From the NCBI GenBank assembly GCA_024679065.1, contig JAGIQG010000003.1:48360001-48424000 (forward strand): a stretch of DNA of 64,000 bases. The letters run 5' to 3'. This stretch comes from Sphyrna mokarran. Taxonomy: Eukaryota. The translations under genes were made by a program, and so were the position numbers. Positions 33,774-47,411 of this stretch are shown one piece after another (position 1 is the first letter of the stretch; each line of letters opens with the position of its first letter). Under the pieces are notes generated by a model. It was not told the DNA's origin, ran no database searches, and saw only the letters and a list, made by a program, of their open reading frames with translations.

Positions 33774-36752
33774 TCATTAAGATAACACTGCCTTCTTACC
33801 TCTCCTTATATCTTCTCTTAACATTGAAGTTTTTCATCCTTAATCACCAAAACTGCTCCTCTGATTGACTTATTTTTCCTAACTTTGCTGGGGAGCTTAT
33901 AACCTGGCAAATTGGTTCCCAGTCCTAACTGTTTGCAGCCACATCTCAGTAATGATTATCATACCTTACCCTCCAAGTTGAATTTGTGCCTGTAATTAAT
34001 TTCTTACATGCAAACAGTTTATTTAAAAAACAATGATATCTGCCCTTTTGTTCTAATGTTTTACTCACACAATTCTTATTTCTTTTTTGTTTTTTCCTCC
34101 CCCATATTCATGGGGTCACCATGCATTTTTGGATTTGGCAGGGGCAGGGTGGAGTGGGATGTGCTCCATGCAACCATTATTAACCCTTCACATTACTTAC
34201 TTGCACTAATGACTAAGTTCTTCCATGGCTAATAGGGTCCTGGAGTAGGGCTCAAACTGTGGCTACTGAGCCACAAGACTCCACATTTCTTACTACCGGC
34301 TCCTTCTAAATTAAATAATATTTACCTATTTTTTTTTCCTTTATCTGTAGCACCTAAAGCATGATTTCTGATCAAATTTCATGTTTTTCTCTTTTGGTTG
34401 TCGAACTATTATGTGCATTATCTTTTCCAAACATGTTTTCTCTGTTTACTTGTTTAAAATCTTTGGGGGCGAACTTAGGAAAACAATTCTAAGTGCCAAA
34501 CGAGCATGAAAATAGGAGAGTTCCAGATTTGTTTTTGTGAGAAAGTTTAAAAATGCTATCTTACGCCACTTTGTACATCATTTTTTGCACAATCTGTGCA
34601 ACCAAACAGAGAGAAATCTGTCACGCATCTGTCCCTAGATATCATGCGCCTGGACTGCAAGTGATCTTACCAGCTCGCCTGCCCATCAATCGGTGGGACG
34701 AGAACGTAAGGTCACTCCTTAAGTCACTCAATCTATTCATCCTTTCTGCAAAGTCCCTAATCCTGACCCAGTTCAGGTCAAAACCATCCCAATATTATAC
34801 CTCTTTCCTGTTCCAACACTGGTATCAGTATTCCCTATAATGGAATGCCTCTTTCCAACACTATTTCTTCAGCCATATACTCGTCTTTATAATCTGCTCA
34901 ACTCTACACCAATTTGCATGTGATGTGTGTAATAATCAAGAGATTAAACCCCATGAACGCTTTGATCTTTAATTTAGTTTCTAGCTTCTGGCACTCTCTA
35001 AACAAGCCTCTTGCCTACACTTGCTTATGTTGTTCAACCCAGCATGGACAACAATCTTCCACATGCATTACAAATATCCTTTCAAGCTGGTTTGAGATAT
35101 CTCTAACCCGAGCACTAGGCAGGCAATATGCATCAGGGACTCTGAATTATCACTGCAAATGGTGCTATTACTGAGTCCACTACAACTACCATGTAACATT
35201 TCTTCTGATCTCGCACTCCTTGAACAGACACTGCTATGAGACACCATAGTCAGATTTTGGCTGCCCTTCCAACAGTCTTTAGTCTTATCCTCTCAGGATA
35301 CATTGTTCCCATTTTGTAGGATTAGCTTCTGCAGATCCTTATTCTGTATCATAGCTGGATTCCGTTTAGTGCGTCACACCAAATGCAGTCTAAACCTGCA
35401 TCTCTCTGAAAGTGTGACCAAGGTCTGCAGCAAACTTTTCACCTATTTCACTCTCTCCCTTACATGTCAGAGTGTCTCCAACTCACACTCCCGCCACAGT
35501 GACTGAGTCAGAGAGATCTGAGACAAAGACATCTATTGCAGATATGCTTCTCTCTCAGTCTCACTATTTACAAACTCCCATATACTGCAGTCCAGGCACA
35601 AATACAGCAATCCAAACAGTCAGTTTTGCTGCCTCAAGAACTTCATATCCATATTAGCATTAAGGCAATTACAAGAATATAGACCTGTATCTGTAACAAT
35701 ATGTACTTTCATATAACACAGATAAATGCTACTCTGTGTTGGTGCATATATACCACACATGTACTTTCTGTTTATATCAAAATTGTGAATATTGATCTGT
35801 TATAGCCAAAAGAACTAAAAATGAGGGTTACACAGACTATTAACAAACACTTTGCACTCCAGAATCTGCAGAATTTTTACACTCCACAAGAAAAGGACAA
35901 AAAGTTAATTCTCCTGTTCAAATTTTCCCTATTTTTTAAGCCACAGTCATACAGTTAATGATCTTGTCACGTCAATTTTATTTATTTATAAACTGAGTTC
36001 AATGGCAGAATGTGACAAAGTGATGCAATGTATTTCACAACTTACGCCGTTTATTCTCCCTGTACTGGTCACTGAATGTTGATAGAGAACAATATCTGGC
36101 TCTGAGAAGACTAGGCAAAAAGACAAAATGAGATATCAAAGCTTTTACCAACAGTCTATAATAAAGACAACAATCTTGTTTAGTTATGTTTTAAAGTATT
36201 TTGCCCTTGTTGCTTTGTTGAAAGCAGTGTTGTTTGAGAAAGGTAAAAAAATATGCCTAATGTTACATTACTGGAATCAAATCCTGGAACTGACTCTGGA
36301 AAATGTAATAATTCTTTTCTGGGACAATATCCCATGAAAACAACACTTCACACATTAAGACTGTAATGTGCAACATCATTAATTTTATAGGCATCGACTC
36401 TAATATTGCATTATGTGCATATTAATGTTAATGCATCCAAATATTCAGCAAATTCATGAGCAATTAATGTTTGATTGCCATTAAGATAGAAAACAAATGA
36501 ATTGTATATAGACATGAAACAGTCAAGATGTCAACATTAAAGTCCCAGAACAATTGTCTCATGAATTTATCCCTCCAAACTGTACTCTACAAACCAAAGT
36601 CCCAGATCTGATTCCAAGTCTCTGTTAGAATAGTAACGGGCACAGATTCCTGCTCCTGATAACTAACCAGCAACCCCTGCTGGAAAATATTTGTGCGTCT
36701 TGTCAAATAGTATCAAAGTTGGGCAGAACCTGCCAATACTCAACTTGCAACT

Positions 36753-36894
36753 TGTAGATTAGATGGATTAGCCATAGGAAATGTGTGGGTTGCATAGATA
36801 AAGTGGGGGAGAGGGCATGGGCTAGTTACTCTGTCAGGGAGTCAGCACAGACTTGAAGGGCCAGCCAGTCTCTTCTGTGCTGTAGGGATTCTAT
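36753..36894 (+). mobile_element. HE1 V-SINE 3' half, near-identical to 38948-39089
   Basis: 8 substitutions over 142 bp versus the 3' half of the copy at 38741. Confidence 0.88.
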
Positions 36895-37656
36895 AGGGCT
36901 AAGAATAAATGGAACCCATAAAGAAAAGAAACATGGGTATGTAATTTGGTATCTGACCTACATTGGGTAGGTGGCTTGCAAGGACATTTTGCTCACTCAA
37001 CGACATCCAGAAAAGGCCCAATTGACTACCGTGATTAGAGGAGCAATGGAGTCGCAGATTGCAATTATGGAGAAATGTAACAAATATAGCAAGCAACTAA
37101 GATTGGAAATAAAAGAAACTTGTAAAAGCTTTGAAGCTCAAAAATTATGAATTGTCATTTCTACTCATGTTCCTACGTTTGTTTAGTTCAGCTTATGATC
37201 CCTGAAAAGAGGTGCTGTAAATATCCACCTCCCACATGGACAGCCCAAAGCTGAAGGCTCAAGAATAGTAATGCTATTTGACATTAAAATTGCATTTAGG
37301 TCCAAAGACTAGTTGGGTTTTTCATAGCACAGCAGTAGTTTAATGGTCACAATTGCTAACATTAGCTTTTTGTTCCAAACTTTGGTTAAACTGCCACTGG
37401 TCAGTTTTGAACTCATATCTCCAGATCATTAGGCTATGCCTGCAGATGGACTATAAGGTCAGGAACATTTTGTCATATTCCTAACTCTTTAAGCCTCCTT
37501 TTTTAAAATATATTAACTTAAATCTCATTGATTTTGAGAAGAAATTGCCATGAAAATCACACATTAGTAAGTCAACAATTTTCTTTCTTGAAGTTTTTCT
37601 TTCTGTACATTCCTCCTTATGCCAAAAAAAATCAAGAGCTGGTGGTGATGGATAGC

Positions 37657-38163
37657 CATAATGTGGAAATGCTGCTCTTGCACTGGGTAAGTACAGTAAG
37701 AAGTCTCACAACACTAGGTTAAAGGCCAACAGGTTTATTTGGTAGCAAAAGACACAAGCTTTCGGAGCACTGCTCCTTCATCTGGTGAGTGGGCGTCATG
37801 TTCACAAACAGGGCATATAAAGACACAAACTCAATTTACAAGAAAATGGCTGGAATGTGAGTCGTTACAGGTAATCAGGTCTTAAAGGTACAGGCAATGT
37901 GAGTGGAGAGAGGGTTAAGCACAGGTAAAAGAGATGTGCTTAACCCTCTCTCCACTCACAGTGTCTGTATCTTTAAGACTTGATTATCTATAAAGACTCG
38001 CATTCCAACCATTATCTTATATATCGAGTTTGTGTCTTTATATGTCCTGATTGTGAACACAACTCCCACTCACTTGATGAAGGAGCAGTAATCCAAAAGC
38101 TTAAGGCTTATGCTACAAATAAACCTGCTGGATTTTAACCTGGTGTTGTGAGACTTCTTACGG
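37657..38163. mobile_element. Penelope-derived long palindrome (inverted pLTRs) with one-sided tail
   Basis: Arms 37694-37923 and 37935-38163 are reverse complements, 11-nt loop GGTAAAAGAGA; 37-nt tail at 37657-37693; same family as 20823. Confidence 0.92.
37753..37787 (-). ncRNA. Minimal type I hammerhead ribozyme motif with one core mutation
   Basis: Minus strand CAC-CAGATGA-A-GGAGC-AGT-GCTCC-GAAAGCTT-GTG: stem I CAC/GTG, stem II GGAGC/GCTCC, palindromic stem III AAGCTT; CUGAUGA reads CAGAUGA. Confidence 0.75.
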
Positions 38164-38740
38164 CAATGGGTAGCATAACTCATCCTGTGTCCTTTATTTG
38201 CATTGCAAGAAAGCTTTCCAAAGCAATAACACAACTTCTAAGCATTTAAGAACCAACAAATAAAAATAATATAAAAATCTCAACAGCACCTGGACCTGGT
38301 TGGTCTACCCAGCTGAGTTTCTGTGGCTTGATTATGTATTCTATCTTTCTCAGTGAGATCAACCACAGTTGATCCATAGACACTAGCATGCAGATATTTA
38401 TGTGCTCTTTTTGGTCTGTAGAATAATGGTTCATCAGAAGAAGAAACTGTCCAATTTCTTTCTGAGTATAACATCCAAGAAGAGGGCAGGCTTGATCGCT
38501 GATCACCCTGAGTAAATTGGAAAGGAAATCAGTAAAACAATTGTCTTGATGGATAAGCTATATAAATATATATAATTGGTTTTTCCAGGAATCAACAATA
38601 TTATAATTCAGGATCTCATTCTAGGTAAGACATTATATTTCTTGGTTTCAGTTATGGATACCACGAGGGAGAAATTTTACTTTCGCTTATGTGCAGTGGT
38701 TGGAATGAGATTTGTGTTTAAATGCTATTTTTACTGGCTG

Positions 38741-39089
38741 ATGGGTGGCACAGTGGTTAGTAATGTTGTCGCAGAGCTCCTGGGACCTGGGTTCAGTACT
38801 GGCCTTGAGTGGCTGTCTGTGTGGAGTTTGCACATTCTCACTGTGCCTGTGTGGGTTTCCTTTGGAGGTGGTTTCCTCCTGTAGTCCAAAGGTGTGCAGG
38901 TTAAGTGGAATAGCTATGCTAAATTGTCCCTCAGGAGTCCTAAGACATGTAGGTTAGATGGATTAGCCATAGGAAATGTGTGGGTTGCAGAGATAAAGTG
39001 GGGGAGAGGGCATGGGCTAGTTACTCTGCCAGGGAGTCAGTACAGACTTGAAGGGCCAGACAGTCTCTTCTGCGCTATTGGGATTCTAT
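38741..39089 (+). mobile_element. HE1 V-SINE with HER1/CR1-type tail
   Basis: GGTGGCACAGTGGTTAG head, V-domain GTGTGGAGTTTGCACATTCTC, tail GGGATTCTAT. Confidence 0.9.
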
Positions 39090-39617
39090 TTCAGCAGATC
39101 TAACACGGTAAGAGGATGTCTGTTCAAGTCAAAAGTTCAGGTACAGTGCAAAACAAGCTGCTGTAGTTCCCTTTACATGTTTTCATTGAAAAACAACTTC
39201 ACTGACCAACTTCCATTTATATAATATTCTTTAGGTGAAAGAATTTCTAATAATGTTTCATACAGTGACCATACAAGAAAAAGAAAATTACGGTGACAGT
39301 CTGAACATACATTCAAAAACATATTTTTCAAAAGGTTTTTGAAAGCAAAGAGGAAGATAGTAAGGTACTATGACTTTGGGAGGGGGGTTGATGTAGTTTC
39401 AGAGCTAAGGGTGTGGAGTGGAAAATATGGTTAGAGGAAACTTCCAAAGTTTTGCACCACCCAAAGAAGCAGCCAGAAAAGTGAGTGAAATTGGAACCAA
39501 ATATACATAAGTGCCAGGGAGACCAAAGAATGATTTCTGTTAGCACTGAGCTGCAGAAAATTAACTGTCAGAGGGCACAATGCATTTGGACAGTGGCAGT
39601 AGGACAGTACTGTGCTG

Positions 39618-40391
39618 AGGCAGAATTTTCCATTCCCCAGTCGATAGTTTTGTAAATGGGAACGGGATGGCCCTAAAATTCTTTGAATAGCTTTCTCAAT
39701 GGACTGTCACAATTTTACATTGGGACTGTGAGGCCCAGACTGCTGCCCACTCCACCCTTGCCCTAGTTGAGGTTCCTTTAAGCGAATCAATTAATGATCA
39801 TTTAAGTGCTGTTTTCTGCCCAGCCTCAATTTTTAGGCTGTTGGGAGAAGTTCAGGGACAGGAAAAAAGTCTGTAAAACTACTGTGCTCAGGCCTCAGGA
39901 GGAAGGCAGGCACATCCACCAGTAGTCTACTTTAAACATTGGGTGACCCCTATAATAAGTCTGGCTGCTATGGATGCTTCCACTCTGTTGGTCCTTTCAT
40001 CAACATTCTACTCTTTCTCTGCCACCACCTCTCCGTTTGTCACCACCACTATACTTCTACCTCTCCCTTGGATTTTACCGACCCACCCCGTCCTATGACG
40101 CCCAAATCTTATCTAATCTTGGATCCGGGGGATAAACTCTTGCAATCCAATGTCCTGCAACTTCTGGCATTGCTGATACTAGATAACTACTGGCCAATCA
40201 GATTAGAGTGCCAGTATCAAAAGGGATTTGTTCACTGCAAACTCCTCAGATGGTAGAAAGGGAAACTCAGCTATCGAAACATTCCTAGCCCTGGAGCAAA
40301 TGGCTAGCAAAGAAATGGGAGTACATTTTCAATTTGCTGTCTGGGCATAAAACTAATGTATGGATCATCTGCCTGTTATTGAAATTGCCCT
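39618..40391. mobile_element. Probable old Harbinger-type non-autonomous element
   Basis: Starts GGCAGAATTTTCC, ends TGAAATTGCCC; GC-richer than its flanks. Confidence 0.4.
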
Positions 40392-42329
40392 TCTAGAATT
40401 TTCAGTGATTGCAGCTTTCTTGCCAATGATTATAGATATGACGCATTTATGTAAATATATGAGAATAGATCATTCAGATTCTACTTTACAAGCTAATACA
40501 GAATATCCTTAACAAAATAACTGTTGAAATAATTCTAAGGTCATATTATGTTAGAGGAGTAAATGTCAGGCACGCCATCAGAAAACTTAAAATGGAATAA
40601 TTAGAGATTCCTTCTTTTTACCTTAGTATCAACTTGTATGCAAAAGTCAGTTCTCAAAACTTTGATAATTTATGGACTAACTGCAACACATCCCAATGTT
40701 AGTGCAGTTACCTTGGCAATCAAAGTTTTAATTGAAAACAAATTTGAGACAAGACACACTAATATCTCTTTAAAATCTAAAAGCAATAATGGGAACACCT
40801 CAGCTAATAACATGTTCTTTTCATCCTTGTCTGATTGTGGATTATGTTTTCGTGCTGGCAGATATTAAAACATTATAAAATCAATGTGATTGCTTCAGAG
40901 TCAGATTGGGACTCTGGTAAAAGTAGAGCAAATGGAAGATTGAAGCTGAATTAATTTCACACCACAAATAATCAAATCTCCTACCCTCAACCATATGGCT
41001 TGTTCCACTATCCATTCAACTGCTTTCTAGAAAGTGCAGAGGTAGAGTGTTCTTGCAGAAATAAAGAGAAGGAACATTGAAATAAGCTTTATTAAAATAT
41101 ACACTTTGTTAAAAATTCAATAACAGCCCTCACACAATCATACCACTTTGCCAATTAATTCCCTAATCTCTGTTAAACCTGGGCGGTGTCACTAACACAA
41201 CAATCATTTTATTGCTTTTACTGATTTGGCTTAAACGTTAAACTTTTGCAGGGACAGAGCGAGAAATAATACAACCAGCTAAAACAATTCTAAAGACATA
41301 AATTAAGCTAAGAGGTTTCAAAGAAATGAAAACATTTTTAAAGTGTTCTGATTTACGCAACATATTATTTTGGTGAAGAGCAATTTTGCAATTAGGTATG
41401 CACAGCACACTTCATGGAACAGGAAACAGTTACTTGGCACAATGTGTACAGGTAGTTTTAAGCCAAGTACAATATAAGTTCACAAAAAAAAATCCCTATC
41501 CAACAGTAAAACATATCATGGAAAAATTAAACTGTTAATTTTACATCACAAACATTCACGGAGGTCCAAAATTGAGTTGGGGAATTTGTCTGTCATAACA
41601 TCCGATGTTCTTCTTGGAATTCATTCAATGGATCTCCCATTGAAAAATAACTTGTAATGTCTCATTTTTGTTTCATTCAGATGAATTTATTTTTGCAGGA
41701 CAAAGTTTTGAAACCAGTTCACTTCCAACAAGTCACTGATAGCTATGCACATGAATAATGCATTTATTTTCACCCAAAATCAAAATTGCTCAGGCTGTTT
41801 TATTTTTGATTCCCTCCCCTGCTCAGTTATAGCTGACTGGACACCAGCAAACCTCAGGTATTGCACCCATCACCATTCTAACATGTAAAGCTATTACAGC
41901 TGAACTTTTCCTACAGTTGCACCCAACATTCCAATACCAATTTTCCAGTAACAGTTAAAGCCAGAGGGGCCAAGAATAATTTTCCCCTTCACTTCTAAAG
42001 CATTTCTAAATGTTGAAGAGCACAAGTCATGAAGCAGCCGGAGATGTGGACAGGTAAATGTTTAAATTTTGGAAAGTCGCCTTGTGACTCAGAAGGAGCA
42101 AGAAGTTCAACATGATAACCTTGGAGCCCCTTTAGCTAGGTTTTTCCTCAACTTCCTCTGGCTAAGACCAACTTACTTAACTAACCTTCCTGCACTGCTT
42201 CTTTTTGGTCAGCTAGCAGTTCATTCTTTAATTCCCACTCCCAACTGCAATGATTTAAAATCCTGCTAGGGGATATGGAGGTTAAAGTGACCTGGCCACT
42301 TCACACAGCAGGAATGTAGATATTCATCA

Positions 42330-43140
42330 CAGGTTACCTGAAGTCACCATACCAGGGGTGATCTTCACATCTACGTAGGCTAGAAAGGGTGTCCAGCCCC
42401 ATTTTAGCAGAGAGTGATTAGGCCAACTCAGTGCCGCCAACCCAAGCCCACCCAATTGCCAGGACCCATCCTTTTCAGCTTGCCAGCAGCAAGGGCATAT
42501 GGCCACTGGACCTACCTCCTTGAGCCCCCTTGGGACCCGAGGCATCAAGGCAAGGTGTCAGTGCTAGGGTACCAGTGGGCAGTGCACTATTGGCATTGCC
42601 AGGACACATGGCTTGAAGGAAAGCTGAATGGAAGGTCTGAGGGGAAAGGCAAGCTGAAAGAAGCATCTGGAAGGGAAGGGGGCTGTGTGAGGAGGATCTG
42701 AGGAGGGAAGGGGGGCTGTGTGAGGGGGAATATGAGGGGGAAGAGGCCTTGGGTGGGGCTGAGTAGGATAACCTCATGCCTGTGTGATGTAGGGAGGGAG
42801 AATGCCTCTCATTGCTGAAGACTTAGGCGGTTCTTCCTCAACCCTCAGAATCCAACATGCGAGGACCTGTACGAAAGCCTGCCTGCTCTAGGTCGCGCTG
42901 GGGAGGCAGGCCAATAGCAAGAACTATTTGAATTGAGCTTCAAGCCCAATAATTACATCTAATATAGTGAATCTGAATTCCCGTAAATGGCAAGATCCTG
43001 AACGAGGTTGGTAGCTTGACTTGGGAGGTCACAATAGGTTTGGTGAATAGAGCAGGACCCAGTTTTTTGGGCCATCATAATACACACCAGGAGCTAACAG
43101 ACCGGGAAAGTTTCCGCACCCCCCTTCCCGCCATGATCTT
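42330..43140. mobile_element. Decayed relative of the 30575 non-autonomous element
   Basis: GGGCAGTGC/GGCATTGCC motif cluster as at 31375-31480; ~33-bp tandem duplication at 42672-42742. Confidence 0.45.
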
Positions 43141-43755
43141 TAGTGGTTTAATATTTTATGCTGGCCACTGTTTGCTGTTTCAAAAATTGCAAGTATAATT
43201 CTATATAATAAAATTTTATCTTAAATATTTTACATAAAGCTACAGGAAGAATTAACATTTTTAAATGATCCAACTCTTTCTTTTAATAAATAACAGTAGA
43301 TTATTCAAAACATCATAGAATCTTTTTGATTCAAAGCCACTTTATTATTCTAAAGTAATTAATATTATTTCCTGAGTGGAAAATCTGTTCTTGCAGCCAA
43401 CATCAAATGTGGAAAATGTTCAGATTCACATTCTGGCCAGCATCTGGAAATGAGTGTATTGCCCAGAATCAGAAATAGTTTGTGGGAAAATTAAGTTTAA
43501 AGCAATTGCGTACTAGGGCATAGTTCATGCAGATAAGGAGTTCCGTGGATGCTCCACCATTCATTGTTACACAACTATTTGTAAGATTTATGATGAGAAA
43601 CTATCTGTATCATTATTCTTTGAATAGTGTTCATATATTCCACATCCCAAAATGACTTTCTCAACTACCAACAGATCCTTAATTAAAGGTAAACATGTCT
43701 ACCATATCTTGCCAAATAAAATTCAAACTTGTTTTGAAAATTCTTCATTGTGAAA

Positions 43756-44110
43756 TTTTTAAAATTCTGCCATAGGAAATGAGTGTTGCTGGCAAAGCAA
43801 GAATTTGGTGCCTACTTCTAATTGTCCTTCAGGACAGTTAAGAGTCAAAACATTGATGTGGATCTGCAGTCTCAGTTAGGCTAAACCAGGTAAGGATGGC
43901 AGATTTCCTTCCCTAACAGACATTAGGGAACCAAATGGGTCTTTATGATGACAATAGTAGCTTCACAGCTACCACTACTGAGATTAGCTTTCAATTTCAG
44001 ATTTATTAAGTTTCATCAGCTGCCATGGTGGGATTTGAACGCATTTCCCCAGAACATTAGTATGGGCCTGGGGATTATTAGTCCAATGACATTACCTCTT
44101 CACCATTGCC
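43756..44110 (-). mobile_element. SINE-B (tRNA head + LINE-B tail)
   Basis: CAGTTAAGAGTCAA...CCAGGTAAGGATGGCAGATTTCCTTCCCTAA...GGTGGGATTTGAAC, homologous to 21949-22307. Confidence 0.85.
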
Positions 44111-45574
44111 ACTAATACACATTTTTTAAATAAATTATGACACATAACTTCCTGGCTCCCCAGCACGCATTTGGTGGTGGATGCCCCAGGAAGATGCTGG
44201 GGTAAGTCATCCAGGAAGTTCAACATTAGGGTTTACTCAGCCATCATCCATTAGGGCTAACCTCCCCTGAGCATTTATGCCGGTCGACTAAATGAATTAA
44301 ATCGCAACTTCAGATGGTTCTGTCAGTTTTGTCCAAACAGCTACTGTGGAAGAGTTAGAAGGAAAAAAAGCATATCTAACTATCATTCTAAACACCCAGA
44401 TGGAGCCCGGCATGGTACACTCCTCACACCCACAACTTCATCTCCACTCCCACCCTCATCCCTGATCCTGCCCCACGAGATGTTCCACACTCCTTATCCT
44501 AATCAAGCACACCAACTCCTCTGGCCCAGCCTAACACAACCCAACTTTGGATATCCCCTTCCACACTTTCCCAACTTTCTCCCCCCTTCTCCAGATCCAA
44601 CTCTGATTGACGCCCTCCTCCACAGTGTGACTCCCTGCCCATTCTTTCCAACCATCTGGGTCTCCATACGCTTTTGACTCCACCACCCCCAGATCTCCCC
44701 TCCTTCCATAGAGGAGAATGGGCTTTAGTAGGTGACATGAATCACAGAGGTGTTATGAATCATGGGTGGACTATAGTTCAGGGATGGAAACAAAATGAAT
44801 GCTCAGGAGAAAAATGTTGCCTACTTCATATGTCACAACAAAGTGCTGCTGCATCAGTTACATTGGTTTTTACTACAATGATTAATCAGAGTGCTTTGCT
44901 TTGAAAAGATCAGTAACAATTAAGTTATGTGTTTGCCAGGTTGCTACTTCTAACAACTGGCAAGCAGACAAAGAAAAGTACAGCATTGGAAAAATGAAGA
45001 AGCCATTAGTTTGCAGTTATCCAAAGCCAAAGTGTGATTCCGCATTGTCTACCATTGAAATCCAGATCTGTTAGTGTAATATTTCCCCACTGTTTTTTAC
45101 TCCTTTGAAGTCCAACTCACCTATCTATTTGGCTGTTTCAAAGATTTGACAGATGACTGAGCTTCTGCCTATCTTCAAAGGCTCCAATGGATTCTGCTCA
45201 CTGAGGATAATGTATACTGTTATTCAGTAGAATTTAATTATGAATTCTTGGCTGCTTTCTAACCTACTAATGGATTCTGCTCATCAGGGTTTCATGACAC
45301 AACTGCCGAGGGGCATGTGAGCTTGTTTATCTTGACAGATTTATGGACTTTTCAAAGAGACTAATGGATTTTAAGTCACTATTCAAGTAATGTTTGTATG
45401 TATTGACTGATTTATACATTTGAAAACTTCCAAATGCTATTATAGGGATCATAAGCTTTGTTTGTAATAATGAATTGAAGGAATATATGGTGTGTGGGAT
45501 ATATCGGAGAGGAGGGTTGGGATTGAGGATTAAAGGGGATACTTCACACACACCTCTAGAACTAAGTCAATTGC

Positions 45575-45852
45575 ATGGAGAATTGAAGTGGACTTTTTAA
45601 TCTGGCCACCTAGGCAACTGCATAGGTTTCTTCCAGATGCTCTCGTTTCCCCCCACAGTCCAAAATGTGCAGGTTAGGTCGTTGGTCATGTTAAATTGCC
45701 CTTAATGTGTATGTTAGGTGAATTAGCTATGAGGGATGTGCTGTGTTGCAGGGATAGGGCAGGAAGGTGAATCTGGATTGGATGCTCTTCGGAGGGTCAG
45801 TGCAGACCCGATAGTCTTCATGGCCTCCTTCTTCAGTGTCGGGATTCTATGA
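45575..45852 (+). mobile_element. HE1 V-SINE lacking most of the head
   Basis: GTTTCCCCCCACAGTCCAAAATGTGCAGGTTAGG...GGGATTCTATGA. Confidence 0.8.
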
Positions 45853-46489
45853 TCAGCTCACCTTCCATCTCTGCCTCAGGCTTGCTGTCAGAAGTGGAAG
45901 GACTAATGTTAGGCTGTCTCCACCTCTACCAGCTAGAAGACAGGACTGCAACATTGGGAAGCCTCCTAATGACTAATTCCCACCCAAAATAAAAATTCAG
46001 CCCAATTTTTCCAAGGTCAATAACAATTTACCAAAACTGGGCTACAACCAAGTTTGAGGTTCTTCTCTCATTTGCTTAAACACCACATTGTGATATATTT
46101 TCATTTTGTCACCAGTGTGTAAAATTGATGTGCTAGATCTTCTGCTCAGGATGGGAACCAACAGTTTTTACTTTCATCAATTCATTTGAACATGGAAATC
46201 ATTGGGCCAAATTGTCTGGTCTCGAATGGTTGGAAACTGGATGTAAGGGTGAAGATGCAATTTGGGACCCTATGGAAGTCCTGATGAAGCCTCGGATGTT
46301 TAAATATCCAATAGGCAATTCTTGTGCTCCCCAGAACCCTCCACAAATGCCTCCAACTCTGACCTAGAGCCAGAGGCTCGAGAGATAGTACTTACCTGAG
46401 TAGCAATCCAGGAACTGTTAGACACTATCAAACCTAATCTCTCACCTGGGAAGTTCCCCCACTAACCTGCATTCAACTTCCCAACACCA

Positions 46490-46980
46490 CAACAACTTTG
46501 GACCTGTCCTGATCCGAACACCCCTCAATCACCTGATTACATCTCTGACCACTCAACAATCCTCTCCCCACTCAACAACCTGCTTAACAAGAGCCAACTA
46601 ACCCCGACCACCCAACAGCCCCCTGACCACCTGACTACCTCAACCTCCACACTGGTCCAATTTGATTAGCCCTTAATCCAACAACCCCATTACCCAATAG
46701 AACCATCCTCCCTACCACCTGACTTTCCATCAACCCAGCCTGATTATCCCCTGATCACTCGACTGCCCACAAATGCAATCTTACTACCCCCGGGACACCT
46801 GACTATATTCAATGACCCTACTAGCCCTAACCACCCTCAATCAATTAACTATTCCTCGACACTACCTGGCCTTTGCCCTAACCAGACCATACTACTACTG
46901 CTGACTCAAATATCCATCCATGCACTACCCACCCTACCTACCTCATCCACCTAACTACTTACCCAACTTACCCACTTGAC
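46490..46980 (+). repeat. Degenerate C-rich minisatellite (CCGACCACCTGACTACCC-like units)
   Basis: Recurrent ACCTGACTA / ACCACCTGAC / CCTGATTA motifs; follows a GGGCCAAATT terminus-like sequence at 46204. Confidence 0.6.
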
Positions 46981-47411
46981 AATTTGTTTGAAAATCGCTG
47001 TTGTGAAATACCTTTGGAGTTTTAGTATATTGAAGGAGCTATATAATACAAGTCACAGTATTTTTCATCATGAATTACTTCATAATGTCTGTATGTTTTT
47101 TATTCACTCGCCACAATTACTTGTAGCTCACAAAGCAGATTGATGGGCTTTTCACAAAAAGAAACACAAAATTAATTCTAGCACATGCTTTGGTAAATTG
47201 ACACCTACAGTGTTCAGGGTTATAAAATGCCACTTTTGAAAGGGGAAGTGCAAATTAAGAGTGAGAACCACTGATACAGCCTTTAAAATTATTAATTTTA
47301 CTTTGACAAATACTAGATTTTCTTTGAAACTGGTTATAACTGTCTACTTACGTGAATTAGTCATACGGACTAAATCAACAGATCCTGGAGTTGTCACCCT
47401 TCCAGTAAATT

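Noticed and set aside
34247-34280. hAT-like terminus TAGGGCTCAAACTGTGGCTACTGAGCCAC
   Set aside because: No partner TIR or TSD found
45186-45283. 15-bp direct repeat AATGGATTCTGCTCA twice, 83 bp apart (CRISPR-like)
   Set aside because: Only two units and no cas genes; most likely a small local duplication
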